Shown piece by piece: positions 22,969-31,886 of a stretch of 64,000 bases of DNA (positions within the stretch are counted from its first letter, which is position 1; the number at the start of each line of letters is the position of its first letter). A model generated the notes under the pieces. That model saw only the letters and a program-made list of their open reading frames with translations. It was not told where the DNA came from and ran no database searches. Made by a program: the position numbers and the translations under genes. Source of the stretch: Escherichia phage RB32; sequence record NC_008515.1; one strand, written 5' to 3'.

Positions 22969-23259
22969 TTATTTACGGAATGAAATGAAAGCAGCAACTG
23001 AAGCAACTAAACTGTCTTCAATATAAACTTCAATTTTTACCGGAGCTTCTGACTCGAATTTACCTGTTACTACACCCTGAAAAATACTTTCAGTCTGTTC
23101 TGGCTTTGAAAAATTTTCAGAAGGAAAAATTCCGAACTTTTTATCTGTTCCAAAAATTTTAATAAATTCATCGTAAACTGCTTCATTAAAAGCATTATCA
23201 GCAGGAATAACGCCTTCAACTACAAGTTCTTGACCTAAAAAGCGTAAAGAAGATTTCAT
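22969..23259 (-). CDS. Hypothetical protein (position of T4 alt.-3)
   Basis: 96 aa ORF; ATG 7 nt downstream of a GAGGA SD inside the repeated early-promoter cassette. Confidence 0.65.
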   Translation of the reverse strand: MKSSLRFLGQELVVEGVIPADNAFNEAVYDEFIKIFGTDKKFGIFPSENFSKPEQTESIFQGVVTGKFESEAPVKIEVYIEDSLVASVAAFISFRK

Positions 23260-23266
23260 TTTGTGT

Positions 23267-23320
23267 TCCTCATGTTATGTCAGTAAGACTACTATAACAC
23301 AACACGAGGGACTTGTAAAC
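23267..23320 (-). promoter_or_regulatory. Early promoter cassette (-35 GTTTAC, TGn-TATAGT -10, 5'UTR, GAGGA SD); copy 1 of a 54-bp perfect repeat
   Basis: Read on - strand: GTTTACAAGTCCCTCGTGTTGTGTTATAGTAGTCTTACTGACATAACATGAGGA; identical to 38633-38686. Confidence 0.6.
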
Positions 23321-25377
23321 TACATTTTGAACTTTTTAGACATTCCGTTGATGTTAACCAAAGAAGCTAAGATTTGAGAAACTTCATTTTCCTCTTCTTT
23401 TGATTCTTCTACAAGGAATTGATTAAATCCAGTCATTGGACGAACTTCACCAGTTTCCATTAGATGGTCGCCATCATATACTGATTCCTCTAATTGTTCA
23501 GAAGGAGGAACGATTGTACCTTCGATTAGATACTTGTTATAAGCAGTTTCTTTCATAAAGTACGTACTTACTTTATTAATCTTCAGTAAAATTCCACGCG
23601 GTAGAATAACTTCAGCTTCTGATGGAAATCCTGATAAATGACCTGGAACGATAACTTTGATTCGCTCAGCTCCTTTAATTACCATACCCACGCTAGTTTC
23701 AGCATCTTCATTGGCATATGTAGAATGACTACCCGTATGCATTAAATCTTCTGCATCAACGGAACCTTCTCCTTCACCAGAAAATACTGCGCCGGAATCA
23801 TCTAGAGCCATATAGTTTTTACCATGCTCACCGAAGATATTTGGTTTAAGCGATGTGGATACGAAGTTCTTGAAATAGAACATTTTATTTTCAATGTTAT
23901 GACGCAAAGTTTTAAAGGTAACTTCTTGTCCACGATAAAGCGTAGTTCCTGGAGGAAGAACCGAACCTTTAGCGAATGCAGAATCCAACGTCTCGATGTG
24001 CTTAATGGCACGTTCCATATATTCTTCACGGGTAGAATCTGGTTTACCCAAAAGGAACGAGTTCATTTCAACATATGAATCTGCACAATAATCTTCAATT
24101 ACATCAGATTCAGCTTGAGTTAATCCTTTTGGAGTTACTTCGGTGCTTGCGTATTCATATGCCTGAGCGGCAGATTCATTAATCAATTTATAAATGCCAT
24201 TCATTACAAATTGAATAATAGCTGTCTTTTCATCTGGCGTAGCTTTAGAACCTTTAACCAAATCATTGATAATTTTCTTAATAACATCAAAGCTATTAGA
24301 AATATTAATATCAGCAAGATCGCTTAAAATTTTATCAGTTTTATAATCAAAGAATTCTTTATTCTTTAAATATTCTTGAGAACCTTGATATGTTATATCG
24401 CTCTGCAACTTGATGGATGGATCACGTAAACGTGCATGGGCTAATGCAATATGATTTCGGAAGTTTTCTAGTTCATAATCGCTAGATTTAAAACGAGAAG
24501 CACTCCTCATACCACCGATAGCTCCTTTGCTGAAGTTTGAACCAATCTGAATAACGCCAGAGTTCATTGGTCCTTCTGCTTTATATACCGGAACTTTAGA
24601 TTCAAACTCTTGATATTTCTTAGCAGCGAAGCTATCACCCTGAAGTGAAGCATCAACAGTAGAATATTGAGCTTGTGCTGCTAATCGACGACTAATTTTA
24701 GTTTTCTGAATAACAGCTTGGTCCGTGCGCTTATCATTTTCTAAAGCAATAGAAGCAGCAACAGCGACAGCTTTAGGAACAGCATTACCTGTTTTAACGT
24801 CTACATAAACATCACCAACCTTTGATTCAACTTTTGTGAATAACTCAGTTGAAATAGGAGGTACACCTGGAATGTCTTCTAAATTGGCATTTTTACGGTA
24901 AACCATAATATATGCATACTTTTTATCATAGTCCCAGATTTCCTTTAAAAGAACATATCGACCTGCTCCTTTAGTACGTACTAAACGGTCAGCAATAACT
25001 TGCATTTGACGAGCAGCGCCATTTGTTTTACTTTTTAGTACGCGGAATAGGCATGCGTCAATTTTATACTGCTTCATTGTTTGAAGAGCAGTATCAAAAA
25101 CAGCATTAATGACACCAATTGGATTTCCACCCAAGTTTCTAAGCTTAACCAGCGATAATTTCTCGTTGACACCTATCATTACGATATGCATCATTTTATC
25201 GCCTGGCTTAACGTTTTTATTCGTATCACCACCAGAGGTGTATGTACAAAATCTAAATCCAGGAAGCACGCTTTCTTCGCCGGCTTGAATAGCAAAAATT
25301 TGTGGTATTTTATGCTTAGGATTTAAGTTAACAACCGGCGCCGAAGCGCCGTCAAATAATTCTGTAATAAGTTCCAT
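23320..25377 (-). CDS. Alt-like ADP-ribosyltransferase paralogue (capsid-packaged internal protein type)
   Basis: 685 aa; N-terminal ~230 aa closely similar to Alt; C-terminal region keeps R (YRG), STS and EAE catalytic motifs; N-terminal MELITE suits gp21 processing. Confidence 0.85.
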   Translation of the reverse strand: MELITELFDGASAPVVNLNPKHKIPQIFAIQAGEESVLPGFRFCTYTSGGDTNKNVKPGDKMMHIVMIGVNEKLSLVKLRNLGGNPIGVINAVFDTALQTMKQYKIDACLFRVLKSKTNGAARQMQVIADRLVRTKGAGRYVLLKEIWDYDKKYAYIMVYRKNANLEDIPGVPPISTELFTKVESKVGDVYVDVKTGNAVPKAVAVAASIALENDKRTDQAVIQKTKISRRLAAQAQYSTVDASLQGDSFAAKKYQEFESKVPVYKAEGPMNSGVIQIGSNFSKGAIGGMRSASRFKSSDYELENFRNHIALAHARLRDPSIKLQSDITYQGSQEYLKNKEFFDYKTDKILSDLADINISNSFDVIKKIINDLVKGSKATPDEKTAIIQFVMNGIYKLINESAAQAYEYASTEVTPKGLTQAESDVIEDYCADSYVEMNSFLLGKPDSTREEYMERAIKHIETLDSAFAKGSVLPPGTTLYRGQEVTFKTLRHNIENKMFYFKNFVSTSLKPNIFGEHGKNYMALDDSGAVFSGEGEGSVDAEDLMHTGSHSTYANEDAETSVGMVIKGAERIKVIVPGHLSGFPSEAEVILPRGILLKINKVSTYFMKETAYNKYLIEGTIVPPSEQLEESVYDGDHLMETGEVRPMTGFNQFLVEESKEEENEVSQILASLVNINGMSKKFKM

Positions 25378-25380
25378 GAT

Positions 25381-27477
25381 TTATCCTTGAACGAACTTGT
25401 AAGGCATGTTTGTAATATCTATGCAAGACGCAATAATTCCAAGAGATGATTCTACTTTCTGTTTAACATTTGATGAAACAAATGATGCAAAGTCAACTCT
25501 GTCTTCTACTTCAATATCACCTGTCATTGCAACTACTTCGCCGGTTTCCATTAGACAGTCTCCGTCATAAATTACCGATTCGGTGAGTTCTTCTGTGGTC
25601 ATAACTTCAGCTTGAATGAGTTTTGTATTATTAGATGTTGTTCCGTCATTATTAGAAGCATCAGTTATTTTATTAACTTTGACCATCAACCCGCGCGGTA
25701 GAATAACTTCAGCTTCTGTTGCTATTCCGAGACTTCCTGGATATACAACATTAACTTTATGAGCTCCATCAATTGCCCATCCTATTTGAACTTTAACGTA
25801 TTCAGGATTTTCTTTATACGCTCTTATTTCGTTTGGATTAATAGTTATTCCTTCTTCATTTTTATCAACTGTTAATTCGTTACGAGCTTCTGGTTCTAAA
25901 AGACCAATACCAGCATGTGTAATTCCAAAACGTCCAAAAATGATAGGAGTTAAAGAAGTAGATACAAAATTTCTGAAATAGAACACTTTATTTTTAACTA
26001 GTGCTTCGTATATAGGAGCAGTCATACTTTGAGCACGATAAACTGTAATGCCTTCCGGTATGCGGTCACCATTTTCAAAAGCTGAATCTAAATTATTTAT
26101 AGCAGATTCAATTTCTTTTTCACTCATTACATCATATCGTTCTGGATTGTAACGACCTAAAAGAAGATTATTAATGTCTGTATATCCTGAACCACAATAC
26201 TCTCTAATACCGCGCTTTTGTGATGGAGTATATTTAGAACCATCACGGGCAATAGTAATATCAATCATTGGACCAGCACCAATTCCAGAAAAGCTATAAA
26301 TCATTCGTTTGAGGAATTTAGTTTTTGCTGCATTCCAGGCATTTTTAGTTATTTCTCCCCAGACTTCATCTGGTTGCCCTTTACGAGTTTTATTATGTTT
26401 ATCAAGCCAATTATCTTTATATTCTTCAAAGAATTTATTAACAGCTGCTGCGTATTTCTCTAAACATTTTATTGAAGTAGTTGGCTCATTTTTTATCGCG
26501 TTAAAAATTACATCTTTAATTTTTTCGGAAACTTCATCAACCTCACTTTTTGAAAAGAATTTATAGTCATAGTGAAGTTCATTCGCAGTTCCTTCGGCAA
26601 TAATTTTTGCTGCCTTAGTTTTAGAAGCTAATGAATTAATTCCAAGCTTCATTTCTTCTGCTTCGGGAATTAAAGGAGCGGTAGCAGGTTTATTGAAATT
26701 AGCTGCGGTAGATTCATACTTCTGGAATAATTCACTTTCAAACCTAGAAGATTCCAATGATTGACTTTGCGCAATTGCTCTACGGGAAATTTTAACTTTA
26801 ACGATTACAGCTTGGTCAGAACGTTTATCATTTTCTTGCGCAATAGATGCTGCAATTGCCTCATTTTTAGTTACTTGGGCTCCAGTATCTTTATTGATAT
26901 AAACATCACCGACCTTCGATTCAACTTTAGTAAAGAGCTCGGTACTAATTTCCGGAACTCCTGGAATGTCTTCTAGTGATACATTTTTGCGATGTATAAG
27001 AATATATGCATACTTTTTATCATAATCCCAGAGTTCCTTAAGAAGGACGTATCTACCACCTGAACGACTACGGATAAGTCTATCAGCAATAACTTGAATT
27101 TGTCGAGCTTGGCCAGCAGTTTTAGACTTAAGAATACGAAGCATACAAGCATCAATTTTATACTGACGCATCGTTTGCATTGCAACAGTAAAAACTGAAT
27201 TGATATAATTAATTGGGCTTGGACCAAGACCTTTTAATTTAGCAATTGAACCTTTAGCAGTTAATGTAAAAGGAACAATATGCATCATTTTATCGCCCAT
27301 TTTTAAATCGCGATTAGTATCACCTCCAGATGTATAGGTACATAAACGAAAGCCTGGTTGTTCAATTGCATCATCAACATGAACTGAAAAAATTTGCGGT
27401 ATTTTCTTCTTTGGATTTAAGTTTGTAATCGGAAGAGTAGTATCTTCGTCAAATAATTCTGTAATGAGTTCCATCAT
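25381..27477 (-). CDS. alt: Alt, RNA polymerase ADP-ribosyltransferase (injected internal head protein)
   Basis: 698 aa; N-terminus MELITELFDEDTTLPITNL recognised as T4 Alt; R-STS-EAE motifs present. Confidence 0.9.
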   Translation of the reverse strand: MMELITELFDEDTTLPITNLNPKKKIPQIFSVHVDDAIEQPGFRLCTYTSGGDTNRDLKMGDKMMHIVPFTLTAKGSIAKLKGLGPSPINYINSVFTVAMQTMRQYKIDACMLRILKSKTAGQARQIQVIADRLIRSRSGGRYVLLKELWDYDKKYAYILIHRKNVSLEDIPGVPEISTELFTKVESKVGDVYINKDTGAQVTKNEAIAASIAQENDKRSDQAVIVKVKISRRAIAQSQSLESSRFESELFQKYESTAANFNKPATAPLIPEAEEMKLGINSLASKTKAAKIIAEGTANELHYDYKFFSKSEVDEVSEKIKDVIFNAIKNEPTTSIKCLEKYAAAVNKFFEEYKDNWLDKHNKTRKGQPDEVWGEITKNAWNAAKTKFLKRMIYSFSGIGAGPMIDITIARDGSKYTPSQKRGIREYCGSGYTDINNLLLGRYNPERYDVMSEKEIESAINNLDSAFENGDRIPEGITVYRAQSMTAPIYEALVKNKVFYFRNFVSTSLTPIIFGRFGITHAGIGLLEPEARNELTVDKNEEGITINPNEIRAYKENPEYVKVQIGWAIDGAHKVNVVYPGSLGIATEAEVILPRGLMVKVNKITDASNNDGTTSNNTKLIQAEVMTTEELTESVIYDGDCLMETGEVVAMTGDIEVEDRVDFASFVSSNVKQKVESSLGIIASCIDITNMPYKFVQG

Positions 27478-27497
27478 ATCCTCTCTAGTGTTTATTC

Positions 27498-27505
27498 TAT
27501 TTATA
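27498..27505 (-). promoter_or_regulatory. Late promoter TATAAATA (- strand) upstream of alt
   Basis: TATTTATA on + strand (TATAAATA on -) about 20 nt upstream of the alt ATG; fits late packaging of Alt. Confidence 0.5.
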
Positions 27506-27526
27506 AAATTAAAGGCCCGAAGGCCT

Positions 27527-27715
27527 TTAATAATCTATTGGTAAGAGAGTACGATATATTTCAAACTTTGGACCTTTTTCATAGGCATCAAATGTTTCTG
27601 TGAATTTATTATAAGCATATGCATCTATAAATTCAATCATGATTTGTGATACAGAAGTAGAAACATCTCCACCTTCTTTTTGAGCCACGACAATTGTTTC
27701 TAAGTAAGCTTTCAT
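27527..27715 (-). CDS. Hypothetical small protein between gene 30 and alt
   Basis: 62 aa; ATGA start/stop overlap with the gene 30 stop. Confidence 0.55.
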   Translation of the reverse strand: MKAYLETIVVAQKEGGDVSTSVSQIMIEFIDAYAYNKFTETFDAYEKGPKFEIYRTLLPIDY

Positions 27716-29172
27716 AGACCAGTTACCTCATGAAAATCACCAAATACATCTTCGAATGTATTAGCTTTAGTTTTATCTTCACGTAAACGAATCGCAATCG
27801 GAAGAAATAATTTAACGTAATCAGTGCGGCCATCAGATTTTAACCAACCGTTGCATTCGCACTCTAGAATTTTTCCAATATAATAATTTTGGTTTTCCAT
27901 GATGCGAGTACGGTCAAGTTCATGTGATTTTACACCGGCTTTATCTTTTAAGCCTGAACCAGCATTTACTTTAATTTTTCCACACTCTGATTCAAGAATA
28001 AATCCACCTGCTTTAGTAGGGTCTTTACGGTGAGGATAAATTCCTACAATTTTTAAATCAACATCAATTACTTCTTTAAATTTATAGAGATTTTTTGAAC
28101 GAGCATTTTCCCACAATCCATCGGTATTTTTGAGAATAATACCTTCAAGACCTTGGTCAATATACTTTTTGTAAATAACCTTAGCTTCATCTAGGTTATT
28201 TACTACCTGGTTTTCAATTAAAATTACTTTATCATAGCCTGATGTCATTTGTTCTAGTTTAGAAAAACGTACATCATATTTTAAACGAAATGCTGGAAGA
28301 CCGTATACTTCTACCAACGGTACATAATCCCAGACCTGAAACTTCATGCATTGAGCTTCTTTTTCTGAAATAGTTCCTTTTAAAGATTTATTAGCGATTC
28401 CATTAGAAGCAGTACGTGATTCAGCTACTTCTGTGAAGTCTTTAGCTTTGCTAATTTCAGGAGTGTCAAAAAGAAAATCTAGGCCTTCTGATTCCTTTTT
28501 AACTTGCTCATGGTATACCAATTCGCCATCAATTAACACACCTTCTGGATGAATCTGGCGGGCTTCAGCAGTCATTTTGATTAACTCTTCCTTAAGAAGA
28601 TCTAATCCTAGGTATTCATTACCAGCTCGTGATAAAAGACGAACATCATCTAATTCATCACCTCTGACTTCAGCAAAGCACCGAGCTCCATCAGCTTTTA
28701 ATTGGGCAAAGGCTGGAAATTTGATATTCTTATTAATGCCTTTTTCATCATAAGAACTTGCCAGCATTTGAGGTTGTTCAGGAATTAAACCTGGCCAAAC
28801 TTTGTTTGCAATAGATACTGATGCACCGCATTCAAGGTCTCGCATCATCACCCGACGCAAAACTTCAACATCATCTTTTTTACCGTCAGTAATATATCCA
28901 GTTAATTCCTCAATTGCCGCATTTCCAGTCAATTTCCGAGTAGCTAACGTGAATTCAATGAAGTCAAGCATATCGGTAAGAGTCAACATTCCAAAACTCT
29001 GGGTAGCAATACCAGGTTTAGGCCATTTCTTGATATAATACTGTAACCCACGAGAATAAGTCAGACGATATACTCGTTTAAGCAATTCATTATCTTTATT
29101 CTTTTCAAGAATTGCTTGCTTCTGCTTAGTTGAACCAATAGATGCTATTTCGTTCAGAATTTTAAGAATCAT
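27712..29172 (-). CDS. 30: ATP-dependent DNA ligase gp30
   Basis: 486 aa; N-terminus MILKILNEIASIGSTKQKQAILEKNKDNELLKRVY recognised as T4 DNA ligase. Confidence 0.97.
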   Translation of the reverse strand: MILKILNEIASIGSTKQKQAILEKNKDNELLKRVYRLTYSRGLQYYIKKWPKPGIATQSFGMLTLTDMLDFIEFTLATRKLTGNAAIEELTGYITDGKKDDVEVLRRVMMRDLECGASVSIANKVWPGLIPEQPQMLASSYDEKGINKNIKFPAFAQLKADGARCFAEVRGDELDDVRLLSRAGNEYLGLDLLKEELIKMTAEARQIHPEGVLIDGELVYHEQVKKESEGLDFLFDTPEISKAKDFTEVAESRTASNGIANKSLKGTISEKEAQCMKFQVWDYVPLVEVYGLPAFRLKYDVRFSKLEQMTSGYDKVILIENQVVNNLDEAKVIYKKYIDQGLEGIILKNTDGLWENARSKNLYKFKEVIDVDLKIVGIYPHRKDPTKAGGFILESECGKIKVNAGSGLKDKAGVKSHELDRTRIMENQNYYIGKILECECNGWLKSDGRTDYVKLFLPIAIRLREDKTKANTFEDVFGDFHEVTGL

Positions 29173-29438
29173 TGTTCATCCTTTAGAGTTTGGTTTACAG
29201 CTCTATTATAAATCAATTCATCATTAAGCTCAGTCAAAGACCTGTGGTACGTGGTTCTAACTTTATTTCCTTGCATCCAGTGCTTGACGTAAATGAAACC
29301 TTGCTCTACACATTTTTTAAAAATTCGTTCGTCTTTTTGAGCTCGGAATTCTGGATTGCATCTAAAAAATTGATTTACGTGACCGTAATCACGTGTAGTA
29401 TTACCTTCATTTTCATAAATAGTGTGAACGACAAACAT
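29169..29438 (-). CDS. Hypothetical protein (position of 30.1)
   Basis: 89 aa ORF in tight operon arrangement. Confidence 0.6.
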   Translation of the reverse strand: MFVVHTIYENEGNTTRDYGHVNQFFRCNPEFRAQKDERIFKKCVEQGFIYVKHWMQGNKVRTTYHRSLTELNDELIYNRAVNQTLKDEQ

Positions 29439-30277
29439 TAGAATGCTCCTTGGAAAATATTATCACCACTAGTAGGTCTATTATACAAATACTCTATGCC
29501 ACCAGGTTTAATATAGTTCCATGTCTGAAACGGATGTGTCTGATATGGATGATATAGATGATTATAAGGATTAAATCCAGGAGTTCTCCAGGTAGTGTTC
29601 CAAGGAAAAGAATCGTTTTTAATCATCTTTTCAATTACATCTTTTATAGCTTTTTCACTATCAAAACTTTCTTTATTTTCCTTCGATGGAAAAAGCTTAT
29701 TCTCGACATCATTCCATGTATAAACTCGCTGAGCAGTTTTTGGAATACTGTCACGCTCCCCTCGAGCCATCCAATAAACAGGAACATTTAATATTTCACT
29801 CGCATGATCGCAGTGATGAGCGAGATCGTCAATATAACAAATTACGTTATATTTCTCTTTTGCCTTTTTGAACAACTCTTCTTTTGAAGAATCATGACCA
29901 CACATCATTACTTCTGAGAAGGCACCAGGAAAAAGAGCATTCAAATTAAATTGGCGATTCAACAGAGCGTCAATAGAATCACCTAATGCTGTAACAGCTA
30001 CAAAATTATAATCTTCTTTTAATTTGTTAATTACACACAGGGCATCTTTATACGGAGACAAGTAACGAATAAAATCTGAACGATTGTATTTTTCAATTAA
30101 CTTGACGCCAAGTTCTTCGTCACAATTAAAGAGTTTACCTGGAGAAATAAATTTCTCATCTTGGATCATTTTTAAAATATGTTCTAACGGAAGATTATAT
30201 TTCTGGGCAAAATAAGGAAGGCCTGATTGCCAGCTTAAACATACTCCATCAATATCAGTCAAAATAGTTGGCTTCAT
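29438..30277 (-). CDS. HAD-superfamily phosphatase-like protein (position of 30.2)
   Basis: 279 aa; motif I LTDIDGV, motif II FVAVTA, motif IV YIDD; aromatic-rich C-terminal tail. Confidence 0.65.
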   Translation of the reverse strand: MKPTILTDIDGVCLSWQSGLPYFAQKYNLPLEHILKMIQDEKFISPGKLFNCDEELGVKLIEKYNRSDFIRYLSPYKDALCVINKLKEDYNFVAVTALGDSIDALLNRQFNLNALFPGAFSEVMMCGHDSSKEELFKKAKEKYNVICYIDDLAHHCDHASEILNVPVYWMARGERDSIPKTAQRVYTWNDVENKLFPSKENKESFDSEKAIKDVIEKMIKNDSFPWNTTWRTPGFNPYNHLYHPYQTHPFQTWNYIKPGGIEYLYNRPTSGDNIFQGAF

Positions 30278-30738
30278 AGAGAGTCTCTTAATAGATTTAA
30301 CACATCAATAAATTCAGCTTCGGTTAGTATTGTATCATCTTTTGTTAGACCACTAGCCATGCTGTGCTTCAAAACTTTTCCTTTCGAGGCTTGTAATGCA
30401 TCACGAAAGCCCCTGTTTTGGATCGCTGCTTCAAAATATGCATTTGTGTATAATTCTTTCCACGCTGGAGAGTATCTTGAAAATGGAACTCCAAGCCAGA
30501 ACAACGTGCCACGGTCCTGAGCTCTAGCATAAGCTCGTCCAGCTTGTTGGGCGGCAAGCCCGGATAAACCAAATATACGACGTTGTTGTTCAACATTTTT
30601 CACTTTGCATCCTTGGAGGAATCCTTCAAGACCTCCGAATTGAATACCATCCATGACGAAAGGCCATTGGGCGAAATTGCTTAATGCACATGATGGCCAT
30701 CTAAAATTGCTTCTAATCTCTAACTCAGACATTTTCAA
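30274..30738 (-). CDS. NADAR/YbiA-like (DUF1768-type) protein (position of 30.3)
   Basis: 154 aa; LSNFAQWPFVMDG resembles the YbiA/NADAR signature FSNFAAWPIKVDG (from memory). Confidence 0.6.
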   Translation of the reverse strand: MKMSELEIRSNFRWPSCALSNFAQWPFVMDGIQFGGLEGFLQGCKVKNVEQQRRIFGLSGLAAQQAGRAYARAQDRGTLFWLGVPFSRYSPAWKELYTNAYFEAAIQNRGFRDALQASKGKVLKHSMASGLTKDDTILTEAEFIDVLNLLRDSL

Positions 30739-30931
30739 TACTTATAATTTCAACATCAGCCCAATGACCATAGCAAGGAAGACGAAATTCAACTGGCCAG
30801 TTAGGGTCCTTTTCTAATATAATAGACTTAACTTGTGGTTCTTCATGTTCATCGGTATATGGACCTTTATATGTTACTTTATATGTGACCTTAATGTACT
30901 GAATTCCAAAAATCTTATTAATTATATTCAT
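30725..30931 (-). CDS. Hypothetical protein (30.x cluster)
   Basis: 68 aa ORF overlapping neighbours at both ends. Confidence 0.5.
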   Translation of the reverse strand: MNIINKIFGIQYIKVTYKVTYKGPYTDEHEEPQVKSIILEKDPNWPVEFRLPCYGHWADVEIISIENV

Positions 30932-31125
30932 ACTAATTCCTTTAATCCGTAAATAGGAGATAATTCATCACCCATACGAATGTCTTCATTTCCATCTACC
31001 CAGGAAACAATATAAGCCTCTTTTATTTGAACACCACACCATTTAAATGGAGGTAGAACCTTAGAAATTAATCCAGGTATACCAACTCCCTTTAATTCAA
31101 CAGTTTGACCTAAAAAGAATTTCAT
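30928..31125 (-). CDS. Hypothetical protein (30.x cluster)
   Basis: 65 aa ORF with ATGA-type junctions. Confidence 0.5.
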   Translation of the reverse strand: MKFFLGQTVELKGVGIPGLISKVLPPFKWCGVQIKEAYIVSWVDGNEDIRMGDELSPIYGLKELV

Positions 31126-31463
31126 TAGAACCTCATTTGAAAACCGTGCGATTTAACATTACCGCCGCCAATATCAGAAATGTTAATTTCACGCGCAATT
31201 GAAGGGTCAATGTCAATTTCACGATTGAGTTTAGTGATAGCTAAAGTATCACGCCCATTTACTGTACGAAATTCTAAAGGACAAACCACATCAACGTAAT
31301 TTTTAATCGATTCACTGGTAGGTTGCAAATGTGCAGAAAGGTCTTTGGGCGCCTTTGAGAAAACAACTTCACAGAAATTTTTGCGGGTGTCAAAATAAGT
31401 AGTCATAAACATAATGTTTTCCTCAGTAAGGGGCCGAAGCCCCTGTTTTATTTTAAATATCAA
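31125..31463 (-). CDS. Hypothetical protein (30.x cluster)
   Basis: 112 aa ORF; start codon uncertain. Confidence 0.5.
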   Translation of the reverse strand: MIFKIKQGLRPLTEENIMFMTTYFDTRKNFCEVVFSKAPKDLSAHLQPTSESIKNYVDVVCPLEFRTVNGRDTLAITKLNREIDIDPSIAREINISDIGGGNVKSHGFQMRF

Positions 31464-31818
31464 ATTCGTTAAGAACTACATCAAAGATTGCTTCAAGATG
31501 CTCAGGTTTAGCTCTGTTACTCAGAATATGACGAATCCAAGTTTTAACCAAAAGCTTGCGATTAGCACCATTCCAGCAAGGATGAGTCCCTAAATCGCGT
31601 TGACGAAAATCATCATCCAAAGCAATTTTGAAGTTGGAACCTTCCATAGTGATGGAAACTGTAATACCATTTTCAAATCGCATATAAACGTAGTTAGGAG
31701 TCATATACTGTTCAATTTCGCATACTGATCCATTTTGATGTTTCCAAAGGCAGATGGTATCAATAGAACCTGCAATACCATTAGAAACATATTTACGTTC
31801 AAAGTTGATGTAGTTCAT
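31453..31818 (-). CDS. Hypothetical protein (30.x cluster)
   Basis: 121 aa ORF; ATG checked at 31816-31818; early promoter just upstream. Confidence 0.6.
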   Translation of the reverse strand: MNYINFERKYVSNGIAGSIDTICLWKHQNGSVCEIEQYMTPNYVYMRFENGITVSITMEGSNFKIALDDDFRQRDLGTHPCWNGANRKLLVKTWIRHILSNRAKPEHLEAIFDVVLNEFDI

Positions 31819-31855
31819 TTTTATTCTCCGAGATGTTTAATTGCAGTACAGGTAT

Positions 31856-31884
31856 ATAATATCATATCCTGTACCAAAGTAAAC
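31856..31884 (-). promoter_or_regulatory. Early promoter (GTTTAC, 17-nt spacer, TATTAT) upstream of the 121-aa ORF
   Basis: T4-early-type -35 GTTTAC and -10 TATTAT on - strand; -10 bracketed by inverted repeat GTACAGG/CCTGTAC. Confidence 0.5.
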
Positions 31885-31886
31885 AA

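Noticed and set aside
23320-27477. Possibility that the two Alt genes are an assembly duplication artefact
   Set aside because: The copies are strongly diverged outside the N-terminal third and differ in length (685 vs 698 aa), so they are true paralogues rather than a collapsed or duplicated repeat.
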